NCBI GenBank assembly: GCA_043810925.1
Contig: JBDRNT010000087.1
Location: 1 to 13,443, forward strand
Length of the DNA stretch: 13,443 nucleotides
Direction: 5' to 3'
DNA from: Candidatus Eiseniibacteriota bacterium
GTDB taxonomy: Bacteria > Arandabacterota > Arandabacteria > Arandabacterales > Arandabacteraceae
Within the stretch, counting starts at the first letter, position 1, and each line of letters begins with the position of its first letter. Of this stretch, positions 6,721 through 13,443 are shown one piece after another. Under the pieces are notes generated by a model. It saw only the letters and a program-made list of their open reading frames with translations, was not told where the DNA came from and did no database searches. The translations under genes and the position numbers were made by a program.

Positions 6721-7758
6721 ATGAGAAAGACTCTGATTATCAGCATGGTTCTTCTCTGTGGGTTTGCCGGTATCGCGCAGGCCCAGACGAGCGACAGGGC
6801 CGGGAGTATCGGCGCCGTGTTTCTTAAACTGGACATGAGCCCGCGGACCGCTGCCCTCGGAAGGGCCGCCGTGGGCATGGCGGACGACATATCCGGCATA
6901 TTCCTAAATCCCGTGGCTATCGCCCACATCGAGGGGAACCAGGTGTTCTTCTCCGAGATGGAGTACATGGTGGATATGAGGGCCATGGCCGGTGTCTTCT
7001 CTTTCCCGCTGCCCGCGCACATGGGTGGCAGGGCCGCTATTCACTATACCGGCTTCTTCTCGGGTGATATGAAGAAAACAACGGCGACCGACATCGATGG
7101 CGAGATGACCAACGAGAACTTCAGCTGGAATGAGTATGCCATCGGTGTAACCTATGCACGTCGCTTTACGGACAGGTTCTCGATCGGTATGGGTGCCAAG
7201 TACGTGAGAACCGATGTGGCGGATTTCTCTGCACAGACGGTAGCATTCGATGTCGGTACGATCTATATGACAGGCTTCCGGAATCTCAGGATGGGTATGT
7301 CCACCACAAACTTCGGGCCTGACATGAAGTTCCATGGGACGTACGACAACACGTATATCTCCAGCATCTGGCAGGTCCGCCTGTCTGAGGAATACGGCTA
7401 CTATGCGCTTCCCATATCGTTCCAGGTGGGTGTGGCGGATGAGGTCTACACGGCCGAGAATATGCGTGTGACCGCTGCGCTGGACTACAGCCATCCCAAT
7501 GACCTGGCTGAGAGGATCCATGTCGGCGCGGAGTTCGCCTACGATGAGATGTTTTTCCTGCGCGGCGGATTCTTCATGGATATGGATAAGAGCGATATCC
7601 CCGATCCTGTGAATCCGGGTGATACGGCGTTCGACCGGTTCAACGAACTCCGGTTTGGTGCAGGTGTCAAACTGAGTAATTTCAACGTGGACTACGCCTG
7701 GCAGAGTATCGAGGATCTCGAGAGCATTCACCGGATCGGCGTGAGTGCCGCTTTCTGA
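6721..7758 (+). CDS. PorV/PorQ-family (UPF0164-like) outer-membrane beta-barrel
   Basis: Signal peptide; FLKLDMSPRTAALG.A and IFLNP.AIA motifs of the PorV/FadL-like plug; alternating beta-strand pattern (FSIGMGAKYV, VAFDVGTIY, VGAEFAY..MFFLRGG, NVDYAW, HRIGVSAAF) with terminal Phe. SD GGAGG upstream. Confidence 0.88.
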   Translation: MRKTLIISMVLLCGFAGIAQAQTSDRAGSIGAVFLKLDMSPRTAALGRAAVGMADDISGIFLNPVAIAHIEGNQVFFSEMEYMVDMRAMAGVFSFPLPAHMGGRAAIHYTGFFSGDMKKTTATDIDGEMTNENFSWNEYAIGVTYARRFTDRFSIGMGAKYVRTDVADFSAQTVAFDVGTIYMTGFRNLRMGMSTTNFGPDMKFHGTYDNTYISSIWQVRLSEEYGYYALPISFQVGVADEVYTAENMRVTAALDYSHPNDLAERIHVGAEFAYDEMFFLRGGFFMDMDKSDIPDPVNPGDTAFDRFNELRFGAGVKLSNFNVDYAWQSIEDLESIHRIGVSAAF

Positions 7759-7892
7759 TAGATAGGGGTACTACAGACATAGCTTTGCCGGTCCTATGTG
7801 TCATTGCGTATGCTCCCCGGGCCTTGTTGCGGCATGAAGCCGGGATCCTGGGAATCTCCCATAGCTACCGACCGTAAGCCACCAGTACACGT

Positions 7893-7996
7893 AATTTCGG
7901 TGAATTTCGGTGACACCAAACTTAATTACCTGCCAATTAAGTTTGGTGTCACCGAAACTGCCTGCCAATTAAGTATGGTGTCACCGAAATTGCCTG
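7893..7996. repeat. Compound palindromic and tandem extragenic repeat (REP-like)
   Basis: Perfect 23-bp inverted repeat 7905-7927/7935-7957 (TTTCGGTGACACCAAACTTAATT, 7-nt loop). 32-bp tandem duplication 7929-7960/7961-7992 (2 mismatches). 10-bp tandem AATTTCGGTG at 7893-7912. Confidence 0.9.
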
Positions 7997-8022
7997 GCGG
8001 GCTGTGATTCGCAGACGCATTG

Positions 8023-8031
8023 TGCTAAAAT
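8023..8031 (+). promoter_or_regulatory. Extended -10 promoter candidate for the MATE gene
   Basis: TG-C-TAAAAT at 8023-8031, ~45 nt before the start codon; no good -35. Confidence 0.45.
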
Positions 8032-8074
8032 TGCCGCCGGTGTACCTGGTGACCGTTTGGACTGAGGCATAACA

Positions 8075-9421
8075 TTGGATCAACCCAAGACAACGCGCGA
8101 TCTCACCACCGGAAGCATCCTGGGCAATGTCCTCTATATGGGCGTCCCGTCGATGGTCGGCTTCGCCGCCATGGTGATCTATGAACTGACCGATATGTTC
8201 TGGGTGGCCAGGATCGGGACAGCCGAGGTTGCAGCAGTGACCCTCTTCGCTTCATTTGCCTGGGTCTTGAGCTCGATAAACTCACTGGTCGGTTCAGGCT
8301 CGGTTGCGGTCATATCGCGCAGGTTTGGTGAGAAGGATTTAGACGGCACGGTCAATGCGATCAGGCAAACCCTGGTGATGAAGTTCCTTATCGGGCTTCC
8401 GATGGGGATAGCCGGTTTCTTCGTCATAGGCCGCGTCCTCGCGCTGATGACAGGCGACGGGGATGTCGTGAGGCTTGGGGTCGCCTATGGCCGGATCTTT
8501 CTGGTCGGTCTTCCGTTCATGTTCACCTCATACACCGTCTACACCGCGTTCAGGGGTATAGGTGACGCCCCGAAAGCCATGTATGTCATGCTCTTTTCGA
8601 CGGGTCTTAACATGGCCCTGGATCCCCTTTTCATTGTCAAGTTCAACATGGGTGTTGAAGGCGCGGCCATAGCCACGATCATATCCGCTGTATGCGGGGT
8701 GGTGGTAGGCCTCTGGATGCTGAGATTCCGCTCAGGCCCGGTAAAGATCCGCTTCCGGGGGTACCGTATTGATACGAGTGTAATGGGCCGGATTCTCAAG
8801 ATAGGTTTTCCACCCTTCATCGAAAGCATAGCCCGGAGCGTATCTTTCTGGCTCTTTGCGATCTTCGTTGCTCACTACGGCACGCTGGTTGTCGCCTCCT
8901 ACGGAATCTGTCTGAGGATCTTCGAATTCGGCATCGTTTTTGCGGTCGGCCTTGAACTTGGCGCTTCGGCTATTGTCGGTCAAAACATGGGTGCGGGCAA
9001 GCCTGATCGTGCCGGGATCAGCGCGAGGAACGCGGGGCTTCTTGCCCTCGGTCTGGCGGTCACGCTCTCAACGCTTGAGATCGTATTCGGCCAGCAGATA
9101 ATGCATGTCTTCGGGAACTCCCCGGAGGTCAAGATCCGCGGGGCTGAGGTCCTGATGTACTTCGCGATCGCCCAGCCGTTCGCAGCGACTGCGATCGCGC
9201 TCTCCTCGGCGTTCTTCGGTTCCGGCAATACCTGGCCCCCCACCATAGCAGGACTTCTCACGTCCTGGACCTTTCAGATACCCCTTACGGCCATCTTTGT
9301 CTATGTGTTAGGATCTACCGCGACCGTTATGTGGATCCTCATGATCCTTGCCAATGCGATCTATCTTGGAATGCTCGTGGTGTGGTTCAGAAGGGGTAAG
9401 TGGAAGGAGCGGGAGGTGTGA
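8075..9421 (+). CDS. MATE-family efflux transporter
   Basis: 448 aa with about 12 hydrophobic segments. Motifs DLTTGSI, TDMFWVARIG..EVAAV, ISRRFG.KD, FRGIGD.PKAM, LNMALDPLFI..F.MGVEGAAIAT, VGQNMGAGKPDRA. TTG start with GAGG upstream. Confidence 0.93.
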   Translation: MDQPKTTRDLTTGSILGNVLYMGVPSMVGFAAMVIYELTDMFWVARIGTAEVAAVTLFASFAWVLSSINSLVGSGSVAVISRRFGEKDLDGTVNAIRQTLVMKFLIGLPMGIAGFFVIGRVLALMTGDGDVVRLGVAYGRIFLVGLPFMFTSYTVYTAFRGIGDAPKAMYVMLFSTGLNMALDPLFIVKFNMGVEGAAIATIISAVCGVVVGLWMLRFRSGPVKIRFRGYRIDTSVMGRILKIGFPPFIESIARSVSFWLFAIFVAHYGTLVVASYGICLRIFEFGIVFAVGLELGASAIVGQNMGAGKPDRAGISARNAGLLALGLAVTLSTLEIVFGQQIMHVFGNSPEVKIRGAEVLMYFAIAQPFAATAIALSSAFFGSGNTWPPTIAGLLTSWTFQIPLTAIFVYVLGSTATVMWILMILANAIYLGMLVVWFRRGKWKEREV

Positions 9422-10350
9422 TGCCGGAAGAGCGAGGGGCCTTCAAGTTCGATGTCGTTGGTCTGGGACTCAATGCGGTCGACCATCTCTGCGTGATACC
9501 CAGGTTTCCCAGGTATGAGGAGAAGCTCCGAATGACGGACTTCAAGCGGGCGGGTGGAGGTCAGGTGGCCAGCGCGCTCGTCGCGTGCAGCCGGTGGGGC
9601 CTTAAGGCCAAGTACATTGGCAAGGTCGGCGGTGATGAGATGGGTGAGTTCTCCTATGGGGCCCTTGAAAAAGAAGGCATCGACCTCAACCATGTCGTCC
9701 GGGTCGATGGCGCGCTCAACCAGTTTGCTTTTATTCTGGTCGATGCGCGTACGGGAGAGCGGACGATCATATGGCGGAGGGATAAGGAACTTGAGATAAC
9801 ACCCGACGAGGTGCCCGCGGAAGCAGTCAAGCAGGGTGAGTTCCTGCTGCTGGACGGGCATGACTCCCATGCCGCTGCAAAGGCTGCGGCGATCGCGAGC
9901 GAGGCGGGTGTCGGAGTGGTGGTGGATGCCGAAACCGTGAAGCCCGGTACGGGGGATATGATTCAAGCCTCCCGGTATGTCGTCTGTTCCCAGGATTTTC
10001 CCCGCGCCTTCACGGGTGAGAGCGACGTCAAAGACGCCCTCCGGGCGATAAAGGACACAGGGCCGGTGTGCGTGGTGTCGACCCTGGGGAAAGAAGGCGC
10101 GATGGGGCTCGGCGAAGCGGGCTTCACTCGATCACAGGGTTTCAAGGTGGATTGCATCGATTCCACCGGTGCAGGTGATGTTTTTCACGGCGCGTTTGTT
10201 TATGGTCTCACGAAAGGCTGGGAACTTCAGCGCATCCTTGATTTCTCAAACGCGGCTGCGGCCCTTAACTGTACGGTCCTCGGGGCCCGGGGCGGCATAA
10301 GACCGGTGGAGGAGATTTTTGACTTGATTGAGATGGGTGAGAGATGGTAG
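9421..10350 (+). CDS. PfkB/ribokinase-family carbohydrate kinase (resembles the YihV/sulfofructose-kinase-like subgroup)
   Basis: VVGLGLNAVD, AGGGQVASA, IGKVGGDEMG, GERTI, TLGKEG and the PfkB signature DSTGAGDVFHGAF. ATG 9421 overlaps the MATE stop (TGATG) with SD GGAGGT upstream; 309 aa. Substrate not determinable. Confidence 0.9.
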   Translation: MPEERGAFKFDVVGLGLNAVDHLCVIPRFPRYEEKLRMTDFKRAGGGQVASALVACSRWGLKAKYIGKVGGDEMGEFSYGALEKEGIDLNHVVRVDGALNQFAFILVDARTGERTIIWRRDKELEITPDEVPAEAVKQGEFLLLDGHDSHAAAKAAAIASEAGVGVVVDAETVKPGTGDMIQASRYVVCSQDFPRAFTGESDVKDALRAIKDTGPVCVVSTLGKEGAMGLGEAGFTRSQGFKVDCIDSTGAGDVFHGAFVYGLTKGWELQRILDFSNAAAALNCTVLGARGGIRPVEEIFDLIEMGERW

Positions 10351-10373
10351 CTGGTTGATCTTGAGGGGTGAAC

Positions 10374-11858
10374 ATGATGAAACGCAGGGATTTTGTAAAA
10401 CTGACGGCCAAAGGCAGCATAATTGCCCTGGGAGCACCCGCTTTCCTGGATCTTGTGGCCCGGGATCAATTGCTTGCCGCTGACGTCCTGCCTCCTGATC
10501 TTGCGGGGGTTCTCAAGGTTGCCCTCGCTAGTGGCGGCCAGTTCGCAGACGTATATCTTGAACAGGTGGATCGCACCACCGTGAGTCTTGCCGGCGGCAA
10601 GGTGGAATCCGTTGAATGCGGAATCTACAGGGGTGGTGGGGTGCGTCTTCTCAGTGACTGGAAGACGGGCTATGCCTTCTGTGATTCCTGGGAGGAGGAG
10701 GAACTCAAGCGGGTGGCCGGGGTGGCTTCGCAGATGGCCAAGGGAGGGGCAGAGCCGAAGATCAAGGAGCTCACCAAGAAGGGTGGGCGCGGGATTGTCG
10801 CCTATGAGGTATCCCCGGATGAGATCGAGTCTGCCCGAAAGGTGGAGATTGCCGCTCATGCCGACAGCATTGCGCGTGCGTACGATCCGGCCATAAAGCA
10901 GGTCAGAGTCAACTACACGGACGAGATGAAGCGGATCGTACTCGCCAATTCCAACGGTGTTATGGTCACCCATGAGGTTCCGCTCGTCTGGATAACGGTA
11001 AGCACGCTCGCCCAGCGGGACTCAAAGCAGCATCCCGGCTACGTCCGAAGGAGCGCCAAACGGGGCTTTGAATACGCCAGCCTCGCGTTCGCTGAAGAGG
11101 CAGCCCGGGAGAGTGCCAGACAGGCTGTTGATATGCTCGACGCAGGCGAAGCTCCGGGGGGCGAGACTGCCGTGGTGATCGGTTCCGGCGGTGGCGTTGT
11201 GTTTCATGAGGCCGTGGGACATGGGTTGGAGGCCGATGGGGTGGAGAGGAAGACCTCGTTTTATACCGGGTTGGTGGGTACGAGGGTCGGTTCGGATCTC
11301 GTGAGCATAGTCGATGATGGGTCGATGCCTAATCTCAGAGGCTCATTCGATTACGACGATGAGGGTACGCCGTCCCAGGAGAATGTTCTCATTGAGAACG
11401 GGATTCTCAAGGGCTACATGTACGATCTCCTGACGGCATGGAAGCTTAAGGCCAAACCCACCGGGAACGGCCGGCGGGAGTCCTATATGCACTATCCCCT
11501 GGTAAGGATGACGAACACGCATCTGCTTCCGGGTGACAGCAAACCCGAAGAGATCATAGAGGCGACGCCGAAGGGCATCTTCACCCGCCATCTCGGTGGT
11601 GGAGAAGTCGATACTTCAACGGGTGACTTCACCTTTGGTGTGCGCGAAGCATACCTGATCGAGAATGGGAAGATCGGCGCTCCCGTCAGAGGCGCAACGC
11701 TCGTAGGTAATGGACCTGAGATCCTCAAGCGAATCGACATGGTCGGAGACGATGTCGATTTCTGGCCGGGCACCTGTGGCAAGGGCCAGTGGGTGCCGGT
11801 CACCTCGGGAGCACCGACGCTGCGAATCGCCAGTATAACCGTTGGAGGCAGAGGCTAG
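10374..11858 (+). CDS. tldD: TldD metalloprotease subunit with N-terminal twin-arginine leader
   Basis: GGQFADVYLE, G.GVR, catalytic HEAVGHGLEAD, GSFDYDDEGTP, TGNGRRESY...PLVRMTNT, GGGEVD...GDF.F, and C-terminal CGK.Q.VPV..G.PTL. N-terminus MKRRDFVK followed by a hydrophobic stretch. Start is ATG 10374 or 10377. Confidence 0.92.
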   Translation: MMKRRDFVKLTAKGSIIALGAPAFLDLVARDQLLAADVLPPDLAGVLKVALASGGQFADVYLEQVDRTTVSLAGGKVESVECGIYRGGGVRLLSDWKTGYAFCDSWEEEELKRVAGVASQMAKGGAEPKIKELTKKGGRGIVAYEVSPDEIESARKVEIAAHADSIARAYDPAIKQVRVNYTDEMKRIVLANSNGVMVTHEVPLVWITVSTLAQRDSKQHPGYVRRSAKRGFEYASLAFAEEAARESARQAVDMLDAGEAPGGETAVVIGSGGGVVFHEAVGHGLEADGVERKTSFYTGLVGTRVGSDLVSIVDDGSMPNLRGSFDYDDEGTPSQENVLIENGILKGYMYDLLTAWKLKAKPTGNGRRESYMHYPLVRMTNTHLLPGDSKPEEIIEATPKGIFTRHLGGGEVDTSTGDFTFGVREAYLIENGKIGAPVRGATLVGNGPEILKRIDMVGDDVDFWPGTCGKGQWVPVTSGAPTLRIASITVGGRG

Positions 11859-11867
11859 GAGGGCAAG

Positions 11868-13211
11868 GTGGATGCAGAGAAGCTTTCAAAGCGGTTGCTC
11901 GGTCTGATCGAAGGGAGCGGTATTACCGAGGGTGAGGTCTATGTCCAGAAGACCCGCGGCCTCGAAGTCACACTAAGAGATCAAGAGGTTGAGCGGCTTC
12001 AGAACACGGATGCCGGTGGATTCGCCCTCAGACTTATCGACGACCAAAGGATGGGCTTTGTACATAGTTCCGATCTTCGCGAGGCATCACTTGAGCGTGC
12101 GGTTGAGAAGGGTGTCGATCTGGCGAGGAACGCCACCCCGGATGAATTCAATTCGCTGGTCGAACCTGCCCGGTCCGCCGGTGATGTGGAAACCTATGAC
12201 GATGCGATAGTCAGTGTGGCCTATGACCGGAAGATCAACCTTCTTAAGGATGTCGAGACACTCTGCTTTGCCTACGATCCGTCGATCTCCAAGATCGGAG
12301 AGCTTTCCTACGAGGACTCCGAGGTCGAGACGGTCATTGCAAACACAAAGGGAGTCTTCCAGCATTCGGCTTCAACTCGCTTCTCGGTGGGTGTGGATGT
12401 CGTTGCCGAACGCGACGGTGAGGTTGAAAGCGGCGGCGAGCGGAGCGAGAGCAGGTTTTTTGAAGACCTCGATCCTCCGTCCAGGATAGCAAGCAAAGCC
12501 TGCTGGAAAGCCACGTCGCTCATCGGCGGGAAAACGCTCTCAACGCAGAATGCCCCGGTCATCTTCGACAGGGACACCGGTTACGCGCTCTTAGGGCATT
12601 TGTTTGCGATGATAAACGGCCGAAACGTCGCCGACGGCCTGTCGCTGCTCGGGGGACGGATAGGTGAGCAGATTGCCTCACCCCTCGTGACCGTGGTTGA
12701 CGACCCCACGATTTCGGGCGCCATCGGAAGCCGTCTCTTCGACGCCGAGGGTACGCCAAGCGGCCGAACCGTTATCGTTGACGGCGGTACTCTCCGGTCT
12801 TACCTTTTCGATTCGAGAAGCGGGAGAAAGGCGGGCCTTGCCACGACGGGTAATGCCGGACGTGATGGTTTCAGGGCTCTACCCGCAGTTGGTTACACCA
12901 ATCTGTTTGTTGAGGGGGGGACGGCCTCGCCCGATGAGATCATGAAGACGACTGAGTCCGGGCTCTGGCTGCTCTCGCTTGCCGGTTGGTGGGTGGGTAT
13001 AAACGCTTCAACCGGGGATTTTTCAAGTGGGGCCAAGGGTCTGTGGATCGAGGGCGGCGAGGTTGCGCACCCGGTCAAGAAGGTGACCATAGCTTCGAAT
13101 ATCATCGACATGCTGGGGGCGGTGGACGTGATCGGCGATGATCTTCATCTCAGGCACGCAGCCAGCACTCCGACGATAAGAATAGGTGAGATGAAAATAG
13201 GCGGAGTCTAG
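11868..13211 (+). CDS. pmbA: PmbA/TldE partner subunit
   Basis: Follows tldD by 9 nt with SD GGAGG. FDAEGTP, G.L.SYL.D, TTGNA.R, GIN.STGDFS.GA.G.WIEGGE...PVK.VTIA.N motifs. Lacks HExxxH and the terminal Cys, as expected for TldE. Confidence 0.9.
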   Translation: MDAEKLSKRLLGLIEGSGITEGEVYVQKTRGLEVTLRDQEVERLQNTDAGGFALRLIDDQRMGFVHSSDLREASLERAVEKGVDLARNATPDEFNSLVEPARSAGDVETYDDAIVSVAYDRKINLLKDVETLCFAYDPSISKIGELSYEDSEVETVIANTKGVFQHSASTRFSVGVDVVAERDGEVESGGERSESRFFEDLDPPSRIASKACWKATSLIGGKTLSTQNAPVIFDRDTGYALLGHLFAMINGRNVADGLSLLGGRIGEQIASPLVTVVDDPTISGAIGSRLFDAEGTPSGRTVIVDGGTLRSYLFDSRSGRKAGLATTGNAGRDGFRALPAVGYTNLFVEGGTASPDEIMKTTESGLWLLSLAGWWVGINASTGDFSSGAKGLWIEGGEVAHPVKKVTIASNIIDMLGAVDVIGDDLHLRHAASTPTIRIGEMKIGGV

Positions 13212-13212
13212 C

Positions 13213-13443
13213 TTACCTGTAAAGGGCCTTAACCGATCCCCAGGTCGCGGACTCCGATGCAGTCGGGCAGGACAGGTCTTCCCGGGTCACCTTTCCCATC
13301 AGGAGGCCCTGCTCGTTGGCCGGGAACCACCTCAGCGCGGTGCGTCCCGTGATTGAGAGCACACTGAATCCGGCCATGCGTCTTCCGGCGCGGATTGGAT
13401 TAGACTCGGTCTCGAAGACCACTTTGTCGGGCGTATGGAGCAA
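13213..13443 (-). CDS. C-terminal part of a probable secreted protein ending in ...ESATWGSVKALYR (start outside the window)
   Basis: Open frame from the right edge to TAA at 13215-13213, converging 1 nt from the pmbA stop. The terminal motif S-x-T-W-G-x-V-K-A-L-Y-R supports it as a real protein end. Confidence 0.7.
   Translation of the reverse strand: MLHTPDKVVFETESNPIRAGRRMAGFSVLSITGRTALRWFPANEQGLLMGKVTREDLSCPTASESATWGSVKALYR

Noticed and set aside
6904..7731. 275-aa antisense ORF, and the other antisense or alternate-frame ORFs such as 10227-10973, 5409-6023 and 9361-9966
   Set aside because: They overlap well-supported genes, have no motifs, and are typical shadow ORFs of GC-rich coding sequence.
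7893..7996. CRISPR array
   Set aside because: The units are directly adjacent or inverted with no unique spacers, and there are no cas genes in the window.

Overview
Moderately GC-rich bacterial chromosomal window. The gene content suggests a T9SS-bearing FCB-group candidate phylum such as Eisenbacteria, Krumholzibacteria or Latescibacteria; this is inference. From left to right: (1) the first 16 codons and non-coding left end of an IS110-family transposase (minus strand), which appears to have inserted into one arm of a REP-like 25-bp inverted repeat; (2) a reductive-dehalogenase-like cobalamin/2x[4Fe-4S] protein with no TAT signal and no rdhB; (3) a 660-bp intergenic region holding two separate, extensively base-paired RNA candidates, each behind a TTGACA promoter motif; (4) a three-gene cassette of TonB-dependent receptor, secreted Asp-rich protein with a T9SS/FlgD-Ig-like C-terminal domain, and PorV/PorQ-family barrel; (5) a second palindromic/tandem extragenic repeat; (6) a MATE transporter, PfkB kinase, TldD (with a twin-arginine leader) and PmbA/TldE run; (7) the 3' end of a convergent gene ending in the motif TWGSVKALYR. 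The most promising leads are the ~190-nt rod-like leader RNA with an alternative anti-Shine-Dalgarno pairing, the TBDR/cargo/PorV cassette, the TWGxxKxLY C-terminal motif, and the repeat-targeting IS110. All calls come from reading motifs and pairing by eye; no searches or folding programs were run.
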